This document shows, one piece after another, positions 12,111 to 25,156 of a stretch of DNA of 64,000 bases; positions within the stretch are counted from its first letter, which is position 1; every line of letters starts with the position of its first letter. The notes under the pieces are model-generated. The model was not told where the DNA came from, searched no databases, and saw only the letters and a program-made list of their open reading frames with translations. A program made the translations under genes and the position numbers. Source of the DNA: Phaeosaccion multiseriatum (lineage: Eukaryota; Protista; Ochrophyta, other classes). The stretch is taken from positions 3,038,001 to 3,102,000 of the forward strand of contig OZ218963.1 of assembly GCA_965112735.1 (NCBI GenBank), in the 5' to 3' direction.

Positions 12111-12435
12111 CCCTGGACAAGATTACAGTGTGCGCCGGCCGTAATCAGTAATCAGGCCGGCTGGTAACAGGCTGTAATCAGCAATCAGGCCGGCTGGCGC
12201 CAATCATTCTCAGTCGACCCCTGCTGACAACCGGCGCCAGCCGGCCAGGTTCCAGGGAAAAGGGTCAAATCTGAGTTAGTTGGGAGGCAAATCTGATTTA
12301 AGTGGGGGGCAGTTCTGGGGGAAAGCGTGTAATAGGTTCCAGGTTCCCCGGAAAAGCCGTAATGATGAGGGCACCCTGAACCTGGATCCAGGTTCTGTTT
12401 CAGGCCATCTCTGTAATCAGATAATCTTGTCAGGG
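12111..12435. mobile_element. MITE-like element
   Basis: Imperfect inverted ends ccctggacaagatta / taatcttgtcaggg; internal repeats gtaatcag, aatcaggccggctgg, aaatctga, ggttccagg; internal gtcgacccctg motif shared with the other two elements. Confidence 0.6.
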
Positions 12436-12946
12436 GAGGAGTGCTGAACGAGCTCGGGCACAGCCCTCTTTGCGTCGCGTCTCTACACCAGTGGCAGCTC
12501 CTCTACGCTTTCTTCTTCCCTAAGATGCCTTCCTTCCTCTCTTATCCTCTCTCGTCATGAAGTGCTGTCTATGGTTTGTTCTTTGGGGACTTAGCCCCCG
12601 AGGTCGTATCCCTCCGACTCGTCAGTCCTTCCCAGCGGAACAAAATTTGCCAGAACCCTGCTGCGCATCGATTGTGACTCCGCATGATGCTTGCCGGACC
12701 AAATGCCCCTTGCCCGGTCTGGTCACGGCTTCACAGTTGGCGGCTGTGAATTCCCATTTTCTGTAACCGCGAAATCGCCACAGAGGAGGGTTCGGAGGAA
12801 GAGAAAAACAGGATGAGGAAGACGACATAAACGAGGAAGAGGAGGAGCGCGCGAGCAGTGTTAGAACCTTTCTAACTCCTCTCCTTTTCGCTTTTCTTTC
12901 TCTCCCTCCATTTCTCTCCCCTTTTCACTTCTTTCCCGCTCTCTCT

Positions 12947-15875
12947 ATGGGGGCGAACAAGTCCTTGCCAGAAGCTCACGAGCAGTTTGATTTCGCCACT
13001 GATTCGCAGCCGAGGCAGGAAATAGGCACCAAACAAGTGGAACTTATTGTTCAGGATGCAACCTTTGAGGAAGGGCTTGAAGACGGAGAATTGGTAAGAG
13101 CGATTACATCGACAAGCGATATGACACGGAATTTAGCCTACTCTGCATGCTATGCCACGAAGCTCCGTTGCCCGGACCCTTTCCTGACACCCGCTCGCCC
13201 CCTCTGCGCATTATGTATGCAGTTGCACCTGTACCTCGACAAGGAGGTGTTGCAGGAATTTGGTCACGAGGCTCTCACTGGGGATACATTAGAGAGGATA
13301 CTGACCTCTGTGCGGAGCAATAGCAAGAAGGAAAGGATAACGAAGATCACGTTGGAGTTCAACCAAACGAGGGACGCGGGTATCGGGGACTTCTTGCGCA
13401 AGGTGGGACAGTCCAAGGGGTAAAGGGAGGAGCCGTAAAGCAAAGGGAGAGAATGGGAGCTACGGAATGAAAGGGTTGGAGGATGGCGTCAGACTTCCAC
13501 TTGTTACGGCAAGTGCTGATTTCTTGTGGCTGGTCGGTGCTAACGCCAAGTGCTGATTTAACACCCCCGCACACTGCCGTTCGCCTCAAAGGACACAGAG
13601 TGCCGCGAGCTCCGAATTTTGGAGGAAGACGTTCAGGATCTCCGGGAGCTCTGTTCAGGTGCGTGCTCGCACTTTGCCGGTGATCATGATTCTGATCATG
13701 CACAGCGAATACAATGAGCGTTTTATACTTCTTCTTCTTGTTTCGCAGGGCTGGTAAATAATACCACACTGGAAAGACTCCTGCTGGGGGGGATCGGTCT
13801 GGGAGACGAATGTGGAGCACAGCTCGGAGCTGCGTTACGAAGGAACGGCGGTGTCACGTCCTTGAGGTAGGAAGTAAATGAAATTTCGCCGCGCACTTCT
13901 AAACCCCACCCCTGACACACAACTCCTGTACTGCGACTCAATGCGTCTCGATCAGTCTCCTCTACTGCGACTTTGGAGGGAAAGGTGCCCCGGGGCTGGC
14001 GGACGGGCTGCGGACCAACAAGTCCATCACCACTCTAGACTTGGCCTTCTGTCGAATCACCGACCGGTGAGCGAGGACACGGAAGGGGGTGTGGTTGGGA
14101 GTTTGCACCCTCTTGTACTGAAAAAGGAAGTCCCTCTCTTGCGCACCACACGCGTCCCTTCCCTCTCGCTCAGCGGTGCTCGGGCCTTGGCAGGCCTGCT
14201 GCAAGAGAGCGCCGTGCTCACCGAGCTCAATTTGGGAGGAAACAGCATTGGGGCCGACGGAGCCGCCGCCATGTCAAGAGCACTCGAGCAGAGCTCCTCG
14301 TCCAAGGTGAGGGTACAGAGAGAGAGAGAGAGAGAGAGAGAGCGGTACTCACGGTCCTTGTATGTGTCCCCTCAATTTGGTTTGCGCACTACACAGCTGG
14401 CCACGTTTGTGCTCTCAAGAAACAACGTCGGTGGTGTAGGAGCCACTTGCTTAGCCCGTATGCTTGGGATGAACACATCCATTTCCAGGTACAGGCATAG
14501 ATGAAGAAAAACGAGAAAGAGAATGGGCGGCGCTTGTGCTTTGGTCTCACAGCTTAATTTTTACTCCGCCGCAATCGAATCTCATCTCCTCACCCCACCG
14601 TCTCCTCGTCCATGCCAGGCTCAGTCTGGCCAACAACGCCATCAGTAACGAGGGCGGCGAGGCGTTGAGTGCTTCTCTCAAAGCGAATTCTTGCCTGAGG
14701 GTACGTAACGTACTCGACAAGTATCCATGTGGGTGCTTTCGTGTGAACATTCGTCCACGAATCCAATGCAGGCAATTCCCACTCTCACGCCAATTGTGCT
14801 CTCCATGCTCCGTCGCCCCCCCCCCCCCTTGACATACGCTCACCGCGCCCTTAACTTGACATGATGGCATGCTTCCCGCCACGATGCTGCTCGATGTTTC
14901 CTACAGCAACTGGACCTCCGTCGCAATCCGCTGAGTATGGCGGTCTGCCATTCTCTGCGCAAGGCATGGGAGGAACTGCACGGCACACGGAGGAGAGGGA
15001 GTCCATTGAAGGGCGACACAGCGCCTTCGCCACGCCCCTCATGGCACGACGGTTTGAGCTTGCCCAAGGAGCCGGATTAAACGTCCCCCCCCAAACACCC
15101 CCTGCCCCTTGTGTGTCGCTGTAGATTGAGAAGCCTCAGAGAGATAGCCTCGCCTCTCCAATAGCGACAGAAATTGAGCCCATGGCGTGTGTGCCACTCG
15201 CACGGAGAATCTTCCCTGCTTCCATCGGATGGGGAGCAGATGAAACTCGTCCAGTCCTGGGAGAGTGACGCGCTCTCCACACGCCTTTGTCTATTGCCCT
15301 CATCTGCGGGGGGCGGTCCTCTCAAAATGCCCCCGCGTCAAGCGCTGAAAGGACACCACGTCTGCCCACTCCCTCTGCCCTGTGAAACATTCTTCTGCTG
15401 CTCCTGCTCCTGATGGTGGATCCTCGGAAGTGATGGCGGTATGGGTGCGTGTGTGTCGTGCGAACGTACACAGCACAGAAGGCTTGCCCGTGTGGGTTCC
15501 CACCTCTTCTTCCACTCATCACGATATCCCCTCCCTCCCGGCCGGACGAGAAGCAAAGCCTGATCAATGCACGGCCGTCGGGGCTGGCGGGGCATTCGCG
15601 TAGGCGTAAATGGCGGAGAAAACAACGCCCACTCCGAAGAGCATCAGTGTGAGTCTTGTCAAGTGAACCCCGGCGCCAAGGAGCCAGGCCATTCCCTGAA
15701 CAATGTCCCGACAATAGGCCTGTTGGCCGGAGCGACAGACCAAAAGCGTCAAGAGGAATATATCAGCAAAAGGTGGCACAAGTCAGATCAAGAAGACAGG
15801 AAGGTGACCGATCCCCTGAGAGACGGACTGCGCTTCAGGGGAGCCGATCTCCTCTTTCTACCCTTCCTGAGTTAG
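12947..15875 (+). CDS. RNI-like leucine-rich repeat protein, multi-exon (3' exons approximate)
   Basis: Spliced LRR units GLVNNTTLERLLLGGIGLGD, GLRTNKSITTLDLAFCRITD, LTELNLGGNSIGADGAAAMSRAL, LSLANNAISNEGGEALSASLKAN; N-terminal MGANKS is a possible myristoylation site. Confidence 0.8.
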
Positions 15876-18800
15876 AACGAGGAGGAAGCCTTGTCCGAAG
15901 CAGGGCATAGAGGCAAAGCATTGTGGAATCGCAACAGCTCCTCTTTGGGATGAGAGGCGACAGCAGGCGGTGAAGAGAGGCTCATACACCAGAAAAGCCA
16001 TCGCAAGCCCGACCGGAGAGGAAACAAACCAAAAGCGAGCCCTACCAGTACGTACCAATACATATGTGTAGAGCTTCCCAAGGATGCTCCCTGGCGAGTC
16101 CATGTTTATTCCAATGGGAAAGGATGGTCGAGCAGCAGACGCCCAATGTAGAGTCATATCGGCCGGGGTATCGCACGCAGCATCGCGGGGCCGAGAGGGA
16201 CAGGAAAGAACGCAGCGAAAGACTTTAAAACACGTGAATTCGTTGAGAAGCGCGACCCAACAGTCCGACCTCCGCTCCCCCTTCCGCCTCTCGACCCGGC
16301 TCTTCCCTTGTTCGTTCTGCCAGGCTTGCACATTGCGCTTTCGCTCAGTCCTCCCTTCCTCTCTTCGGTCCATTTCCCCCCACTCGCCAAGCGTCCGCCG
16401 CTCTCACTCATACTCCACCCACCTTGTGAAGACAGCCAGCTGACTTTGTAGTCTGCCGAGCACGCCACCAAATCGTAGCACTTGCTGGAGCTGCCCTCCG
16501 TGTCGTCCACACCCCCCAGAGGAGATATCGCAGGCGTAAAGGCCAAACCCGTGACCGGCAAGTCGTGCGCTCGATACTCGGCAATCTGTCGGAAGGTTGG
16601 TACCTGGTTTTTGTTTTGTTGGCAATTTGAAAGGGTGGGGACAGCGATGTGCGTGACTGTTGAGTGGGTATGTGTTGCAGAACAATGTGGACAACTTTAT
16701 TCGCAAGATATGGTTGAGAGATAGAACAGGAGTGTGTGTGTGTGTGTGTGTGCAGCAGTAACATTTTCATTAATGCCATACGGCCCCTGTGCACACAAAA
16801 GCCGTGCCGCTCATGCAACAGCCTAAAGCTCGAGCCTCTCAAAAGCATTCCCACTCAATTGATGACACTTGAACACTATATACATAAATATCCACCGCGG
16901 CCTCACCTCGTACACTGCGATCTGCCCCTCCATGTTCCCCACTGCGAGCCGTTCTCCGTCCGCGCGAAGTGCCATGCACAGCACTGGCACGTTTGACACG
17001 CTCATGGATCGGAGGAGCTCCACCGAAACCTCCTTCGCAGGGTGGAGGGAGGTCCACAGGATTCAAAGGTGATGGGGGTAGAATGTTAGCGAACCCATCA
17101 GCACAATACCGTGCGGGTAGAATGTTAGCGAACCCATCAGCACAATACCGTGCTCTATTCCCCCGTTGCCCAACGGCCTTCAAGTAGTCGAAGGCGGGTT
17201 ACAACGACGCCCGAGGGGGCTGGGCGGTATGTAAAAAAAAAGACTCTCGCCGCCGCCCCTCCCCACCTCACCTCTGCATCGGCGCCGTCACCAGGATCCT
17301 GTCCTCCTTCTCCTGCTCCTGAAAGCCGCCAGACGGCTGCGTAGGCTGCGCCTCTGAAGCCCGACTGTACAGTGTATACCACATTCTCGTCTGGGCTAAC
17401 CGCACACGAGCGGCACAGCACTTTCCCTCCGGCAGATGAGGATGGCATCCCTGCAAGCGCGGACCAGGGGCAGCAGCAGTAGCAGCCGCAGAGTAATAGT
17501 AGTAATAATATGAGCATGAGCACAGCAGAGAGACAGTACCTAGGGAGAATGCAAACCCAACTAGTGAGCGCCCCTCCCTCCACACGCTCACCTGATGCAG
17601 TGGGAATTTCGACCACTTGTTTGCCCGATCCGAGATCCCACAATCTACAGCTCCCGTCCTTGGAAGACGTCAAAAGAAGCCCTCTCCTGGTCAGGAACTT
17701 GGCACACGTGACTGGTTGTGTGTGCCCCTTACCCTCCATGACCTTTGAGGCTGAGAGCGCGTCCTCAGAGGTGAGATCCTGGGCAATGGGGTGGATAGGG
17801 CCCTTGCGCTTCTTCATCACCTGCACAAAGGTTAGAGGAGTGGGCAGGTAAGCAGGGCGACAACGAGGGGCGGGGAGGGGGGGGACATATGATGGTGAGA
17901 GAGAGCAAATACACATAAGGGGGGGAAGGGACAGGGACGCTGCAAGGGTTCGAACGAATGTAGCAATGTTGTTTCTGTTCTTGGAGAAAAAGAAGGACCG
18001 GCCGACAGTACGTGTGTGCCCTTCCTTCCCCCGCGCCCATGACATTCCGTACCTTGACTTTACGACCGTCGTCGTCAACATCGAAGCCCTGCGAGCGGTG
18101 TGAAAAAAGAGGTGAGCTCAGAAAAATGGCGGAGGAGTGGAGTGGGGATGTATGGGGGACGGGTCAGGCAATCGAAAGATCCTCTCTTGATTTGTGGTGT
18201 GGGGATGGGGAGGAATCGAACCACCACTGCGTACCTCCACCATGTCCGGCACATCCGGAATGACGGGTTTTACAGACTTGCATGCCTCCAGCAGTCCCTC
18301 AGGGTTGCTGATGCTAAGCTTCCACACCTGGGCAGTGCCATCATCCCCCGCACAGGCCAGCAGTCGGCTGGTGGGTGGCGAGTGGGAAGGGGAGACAGAC
18401 GTCAATGCCTACGCCACACAGAGGAAGGGAGAGTCAAGAGACCGCACGACCATGCGGTTATCCCCCACCACAATGCAGCGGTCAAGGATGGGGGCTGAGA
18501 CAATGGCTTGGCAGGGAGGGATGATGTACGCAAACGACGCCCACTGTGCAGCCTCGAGTTTCGAATTTAGTCACCTACCTTGTAGATGCACCTGTTCCTT
18601 CGTCAGGCGAGAAGCAGAGCGAGTTCAGTCCCCGATCTTTCTCCAGCTCGTTTGTTTTGAAGGAGCACAATAGCCCCAACCCCGCTGCCCCCATCGCGTA
18701 CACCCGAACGTTGTTGTCAAACGCAGCTGCGAGAAGGGTACCATCCTGAAAGTCGCCCGCGAGGTGAGGTGGGAGGTAGAGACTCCGTTAAGGGCATGGG

Positions 18801-19155
18801 CATAGAAGAAAGGAGAGAAAAGGGCGCACCAAAGAAGCAGTGGAGGTACCTCGCTGGCTGCCAGGCAGTTGCTGATGTCCGGCGAGGTATCCACGAGGTA
18901 CGCCAGCGTGGCTCCAGGCTTCTGCTGCTGCCCACCTCCTTCCTGCGGCTCCTCCGAGAACTTGGCCACGACAATCTGGTTCCCTACACCGCTCTTGGAG
19001 CTACCCCCCCCTCCCGCAAACACAACGGCTGCCGCTGCTGTCGAGCCCCCACTGCCCTCTCCTTCCTGCTCGTCCCCCGCATGGACTGCTGCTGCTGGCG
19101 TCTGCGTCCAGCAGCAGGCAAAGGCTGGGAAGGTGAGCAGAGGCGGCTGGTACAT
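15860..19155 (-). CDS. SEC12: SEC12/PREB-like WD40 guanine nucleotide exchange factor for Sar1 (last exon uncertain)
   Basis: N-terminal FPAFACCW and K-loop VFAGGGGSSKSGVGN; WD40 segments LLACAGDDGTAQVWK, GHTQPVTCAKF..LLLTSSKDGSCRLWD, LPVTGLAF..LVACSAD; hydrophobic C-terminal segment. Confidence 0.78.
17076..17153. repeat. Perfect 39-bp tandem duplication in a SEC12 intron
   Basis: gggtagaatgttagcgaacccatcagcacaataccgtgc x2. Confidence 0.95.
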
Positions 19156-19765
19156 ATTCAGCACGCGGCGTTTGACCTTTTTTTTTTTCTTCTTCTTCTT
19201 CTTCTTCTTCTTCTGGTGCCATCTAGTACTGCTGCTTGTGGGCGTGGCACCCGATTTTTGTGGTCGCTGCACCATTATGGTTGAGGTCGCTGGAGGACAG
19301 AAGCTGACGGAGCAACAGAGAAGGAGCGTGTGCGCGCCGCGGAGGACGCGTCCCTTCGTGAGATTGATGAGCGTACCCCACTTGGGCACGTCACCAGCAT
19401 TGATGCCGAAGGAGAGGCAAAGCGCCAGGCAGAAGACAAGAGGCGGAGGGGGGAGGAGTGCAGGAAGCGGATGAAGGTGCAGAAGGCGAGGGTGGCAGCG
19501 CGGATCAAGAAGCATACCCCCCAGATTGTGGAGAATGCTTGGCGGTACATACCTACGGGCGGGGGAGCCCGCAGGCCCTTTGTTCAGATGTTGAGGGAGC
19601 CTTCGTTGTGAAGCTCTTCAAGTCGTGAGTAATAGCTTGTGGAGTCGCTGACAAGCGCGTATACGGATTGCGTTTGTGATATCGGAGTGAAAGCAGAAGC
19701 ATCGAGCGGCTAGCGCGGCCGCGCGAGAGACTGCGCTGCCCGGAAAGCCATGGGACAGTAACGGC

Positions 19766-20630
19766 GTGTGGGACTGCTTCATGCCTGGCGACGATAATGT
19801 GGATGTGGAGAAGGAGACGTGTGTGGAGCCGGGAAAGGACGGTATGTTGGGCCGCATTTTTGGCATGGACCCAGAGGGTGACTTGCGAATGGCAAGCGAG
19901 TGGCTTACTTTGGTCCGAGAAGTTCGAGTGCAGGAAGGGTTTACGGTCCCGGAGGATGCCCGCCTCGACGTGAGGACCGAGAACCAGCGCCAGGCAATTC
20001 ATTACGTATCGGGCTACATTCTGCACGCGCTGAGGAAGCTGTGGTTTGTCGAGGGGGGGGGGGCGAGGGGCCCATGGCCCACCTCTGCTTCTTTTGTAAC
20101 ACGTACGAAGTGACTGAGGACGAAGCGCAGTCAGAGGACCTGCCCTACGAAGGGATTGGAGAGCGCACGCGGGGAGGGCTCACGTTTGCGCCGAGGCGGA
20201 TGTTCGAGTTCACTTCGGAGGTGGACAGATTCTTTGGCCGGTGCCTCGTTGACCAGAACAAGGTACTGTGTGGTGCAGATGTTGTCGAGCACACGAGGAA
20301 GAGGGCTGCGTCAGACACTGCCATTCTCACCAAGTTTCAGGCGTGCTTGTCTCCTGCCTTTCGACAGATTTGTAGGAGTGGGGGGGAGACTGAAATGGTC
20401 CAATCGGCTGTAGCTGCTGCCGAGTCTGAGGGGGGTGCAAGTAACGTGACTCACGCTCGGGCCAGTGACTTCTACCCCAAGGAAATGGAGGTGCTCCAGA
20501 TCATCCTTCAGAGGGTCTCTCAACCCATGGGCGCAGACGACGACGTGCAGAGGGTCGTACAGTCCGCCTTCAAGGGCAATTAGGCGCATGAGCAGCAGAT
20601 TCGTACCAAGCTAAAGATACTGACTGGGGG
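19766..20630 (+). pseudogene. P-element/THAP9-like transposase, C-terminal remnant
   Basis: QAIHYVSGYILHALRK, then (frameshift at the G-run near 20053) LCFFC..RTRGGLTFAP..F....EVDRFF, the Y.AGY..CxxC..RGGL..P signature of P-like C-termini; in-frame stops nearby. Confidence 0.65.
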
Positions 20631-21979
20631 GGGGGGGCAAACTTGGTCGGAGCAAGAGTGGGAGGGGATAAAGAGGCGTGCCCGGACGCGGCCTTCCTGC
20701 GAGCCGGTGACCGAAAAATAACTCAATGAATATCGTCAAACTCCTCTAACTATCTACCTCTCTTCTTAGCTGCTTGGTCCCGACGTGCCTCCCCTCAAAG
20801 TCAGTGCTTGTTGAAAGTCGTACTTGTTGACATGTTCGCGTTGACATTCTCGAAAGCCCCCCCAACCCTCTCCACTTGTCTCGTGTTGCTCTCCCCACTG
20901 GTGCTATTGATATTGATTCAGGGCCCGTTGCTATTGTACTAGCGGGTCTAACTGACTTCACTTTACAACATTTTGTTGGCAGAAATGCACTGAAGTAGGT
21001 ACATGTGTACGGTAAGGCAACAAGTCAATGGATGAGAGCAAGAGAGACAGACGGGGCGAGGGGAGGTGCAAATTACTAAAGAATAAAACAATAATAGGGT
21101 ATGCCAGCAAGAGAGAGTTTACCTCAGTTCTTTCTCTCTCCCACGACTACCCTGCCGGGCAAAACTTTCGAACTCAGACGGATGGAGAGTGTTGGGTTGG
21201 CTGCTATGGCTGAGGTCCTGTTTTTTTGGAATTTCCGCTTAGTATTGACAGTTATTTATTTACACGCACGCACGCACACACACTTACTACCCTCCTACCC
21301 TGGTTGAACCTCTGGTTGCACTACCTTCCTTCCTCACACACACATACATACAGAGCCTGACACACACACATACGCACAGACACCCACGCACACACACCTC
21401 CTTCTCACACTCACTACCCTCCTTCCCTGGTCGCACAACTGGTTGCACTACCCTCCTCCCTCTGACCCTCTCAAGCGTCCGCTCCTGAAGCCCCCGAAGC
21501 CGCTGCTCCTCTGTCTTCCTCTTGTCTAACGCCTTCCCACCAATAACAACTCGGAGCCGCTCCTCTGTGAGACCCCCATAGATGCCAAAACAGTCGATTT
21601 TGGTGGCTCTGGAGATGGCGCCACGTAGGTGAGGCCAGTCGTCTTCTCCTGTGTGCCCCGAACGAGCACCACCTTTCCCCTCATGGTCTGACCCTGCGCC
21701 TTCCACACCGTCCACGCCCAACTGAGCCTCAGGGGAAACTCCTTCCGAGTCCTGCTGGCCGATTGGCCACTAGCACTACCTTTCCACTCGGCGACGACTG
21801 GAGAGATAGATAGGGCCAGATACACTGAGCTTCGTGTGAGCTGCACTGAGCCTGGGTGAGGCTTTGCTGTAACGCGACGCGCCCGTCGTCGTCCCCATTC
21901 CACTGCTGCAGACGGAGCGCACGGAAATGGACACGTCTGTTCCACTGCCGCGTGACCCATTCCGCGCTGTCAACATCTG

Positions 21980-22087
21980 CCCTCGCCTGTGCCAGCAGCT
22001 CTTCATCCCCCTTGTCATCCCCGGCTGAGGCTGCCCTCACCTGCGCCAGCAGCTCTTCACCCTTGTTATCCTCGACTGAGGCTGCTG
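21980..22087. repeat. 54-bp tandem repeat x2 inside the TE island
   Basis: gccctc.cctg.gccagcagctcttca.ccttgt.atcc.cg.ctgaggct repeated. Confidence 0.85.
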
Positions 22088-22546
22088 CAGCGTGGACATC
22101 TTCTGCTGCTAGGGCCGGTGCTGGCGCTGCGACTGTGCCAACTGCTGGTGCTACTGCAAGTGGAAGAGAGTGTGAGGAAATGCTGTTCCCACACGACCTG
22201 CTATCAACCAGTCCCCTTCGTCCCCCACGTCATCCTCCTCATCCTCGTCTCCGCTGACGTTAATATCGTTCTCAGCAGGGTCGACAGGCTGGATGAGCCA
22301 CCCCTCCGATGTGCCCTCCTCCTCACAGCAGGCCATACGCTAATCCAGCTGCCATGGTCAGTCTTGCCGGAGGAAGAGCACGATATGAGAAGAGGTGGAA
22401 GTCAGGGACGCGGGAGCAGCAGCAACCGAGAAGGAAGGAGCCAGACGCACGGGGCTCCACAGGAGTGGCGCTTTGGGGATAGCTGTATCTCTTTCTATTT
22501 GCTATGTGAAGATTTGGTCGATTTGATGAATTTCCCCCCATGGCCA

Positions 22547-24050
22547 TCAAATTTCTGGCCAGGTACTTTCAAGTACCCTTGCCTCACCTGAGTCCTGCGA
22601 AAACTGCGCTGCCTCTCGTCCCGCAAACTGTTTCCTCGCTCTCCGCGGGTCCCTACGGTGGAGGCAGCCGCTGTGCACGTCTACATGCGCCCCCCCGCAG
22701 TTGCCTCGGCGGTTTTGGCATAGACAAGCGACACAGGACCGCTGCCCAGCGCGCAAAACGGCCGAAAGGTCGGCCTCGCCGTCTCCGTTGGCCTGCTTGA
22801 TGTTTCGGAAGTGATGCTCGCAAATGTCCTGAGTGAGCTTCCTGAGCACGATAAAGCCGCTCCTGTACTTCGGTAGGCTGAGGTAGTGCCTGCAGAATCC
22901 GTTCATCCCTGTGCATGTCGTTTGGAGGTCGAAGTAGCACTCTCTCGAAAAGAACGAATTTCCGCTTCAGTTGGGCCATCGCTCGGTTTGCCAGCGACAG
23001 CTCCGCCCACCAGTCGCCGAACCATTTCAAGACCGCAATCAGCCTCATCAACGGGCCTCTTGGATCATCCAGACCATGCCATGTGACCTTCTCATCCTTG
23101 TTCTTGCTGAGAGGGTCCCCCCTTGAGTTGCAGATATCGAAAAAGGAGTTGCTGTTGTCGCAGTACTCCATGTGGTGTGCACCAGGTAGCCCTACTGCTC
23201 CTCTGCGGGCACGCCCTCGTCCAGCGGTACCTCCACACGCTCGTGCTCGAGGATGCGCTGGACTCTGGATGCGCTGGACTATGGCCTCCAGGCGGCCTAT
23301 CTTCTTCTTGAGCTTTCCCGTCTGGTCCGTACCAGCTGACAGCGCAGCAGAACAGTCCGCCCTGTGAAAGTGCTGCGATTCTTCCCCTTCAATCTCTTGA
23401 TACACTCATCCGCTGACGCTGCGGCGGCGGGTGCCATATATGAGTAACAAAGCAAGCATAAGAGAGGTGCGCAAGGAGGGAGCAAGTGCGTAGGTGCGTG
23501 GGTGGGTGCGTTGGTGGGTGGGTGGGGTGAGTGTGTGAGGGGGTAGGTGAGTGCGTGAGTAAGTGAGTGAATGAGCGAGCAAGTGCGTGAGGAAGCGAGT
23601 GAGGGAGTGAGTGACTGCTCAAGTGCAGGAGTGAGGAAGTGAGTGACGCCTGTCTACTGTACACACTCACCTGCGGCCGTCCACTGCCGTCCACGGCCAC
23701 CCAGTGCCATCCACTGCCACCCCCACCCCCCTGTATCCCACCCCCGGCACCTCACCTCTGCGCCTCGTTTCCTACTCTTGGCAAGGACGTTGTTGTTCAT
23801 GCTCTGACACCCCCGGCACACTGTCTTCATGCCTTCACCAGAACACCCTCGCAGGCCGGGGCACGGAACACGCTACGCCCCTTGCTGACGGCCTCACTTG
23901 CTCCCTTCGCCTTCCTCGTGGACCGTTTCGTGGACGAAAAACGCCGATAGAGCAGATCCTGTGCCGGAGAGGACCCCATGCAGGGTCGCCACTCCACCGT
24001 CGCGTAATTCTGGCAGTCCTGCGTACAGAGCTCTACATGCATTGACACTC
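22547..24050 (-). pseudogene. P-element/THAP9-like transposase remnant (catalytic RNase H segment and probable N-terminal Cys region)
   Basis: SFFDICNS..L..VLKWFGDW, then a frameshift into NGFCRHYL..FIVLRKLTQDICEHHFRNIKQANG..GNC (QDxxE..F..IR motif of P transposases); degenerate CxxC segment near 23770-23880. Confidence 0.7.
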
Positions 24051-24521
24051 GCTTTTCCCCCCTCTCTCCTTCCTCAGTGTTCACCACTCCTCCTCCCCTG
24101 GGCAGCGAACCTGCAAAGCCTCCACCTTACCCGGGGGTCCTCCCTCCGGGGCTTTTGAGAGAGGAGGAGCCTCCACCTCGTCCCACAGGGTGCTGCGAAG
24201 GAGAGGGGGTGTAGCATCCACTATCTTCATCACAAGGTCCCCAAATAACGCGGGCGTAGGGAGTCGAAGGGACCTGTCCCAGTCCCCGCTACGCAGCGTC
24301 GATCATTCTCCTCAACACCCCCCCCCCTCTCCCCTCACCTACATGTGCTGCGAGAGGATGGCGATGGCAGTGGACGGTTATTCCCTCTTTTCTGTTTTCT
24401 GTTGCTTGTAATAAAAACGAAGTAGAGAAGCTCAGAGAAGCTTTCGGTGGGAGAGTGGGAAGGAAGGGACCGTAGAGCGAGGCAAGCGGGAGAACGAGAT
24501 CCCTGTCCCCTCCTTCTGACC

Positions 24522-25106
24522 ATGTCAATGTAAGTTGTTTTTTTTTCTTGACGCGAGAGTTCCTGCTTTAGCACAGGTTTGTTTCCTTGGGCTAAAGCGA
24601 GAGGTGTGGGGAATGTGAGAGGACTGGTGTTGGCTTGGTCCACCCGGCTGCTTGGAAAGGGTGAAAGCAACTCCGGCGCCAACCCCCATCTGAGAGTTCT
24701 GGGCAGCCGAACCACCCCACCTCCCTTGGGCTGGGGTGATGTTTCCTCACTTGAGACGTACTGCGTGCTTTCCCACCTGGCCTTCTGCTTCTCTGTCCTC
24801 CCGTTCTTCCCCCCTCTTGCTGCCGCTGACGCCCGTGCTGCTTCCTGCTCTCCCTCTCTCCGCCCCCGCTCGTCGCCCGGTAAACAGGTACATTCGCCTG
24901 AAACGGCATCAAACCACAATATTCATGCACGTGGAGGCTTCAGACACATTCAGCACAGTGAAAAGCAAAGCTAGTACTATTCTCAAGACGGACCCACAGA
25001 ACATTGGCCTCTTTGCCACCGCAGACAAGTCCAGGGAACTCACAGACCTGGCCACCATCGGGGATCAGGAGATACGAAATGACCAAGGTGCGCGTACGTG
25101 TGTCGT

Positions 25107-25156
<50 letters not shown>

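Noticed and set aside
12370-12410. gaacctggatccagg resembling part of a TPP riboswitch
   Set aside because: It lacks the CUGAGA arm and lies inside the MITE-like element, not in a thiamine gene.
17076-17153. Possible CRISPR-like repeats (also the 20-bp and 22-bp arrays)
   Set aside because: Head-to-tail repeats with no unique spacers, eukaryotic context and no cas genes.
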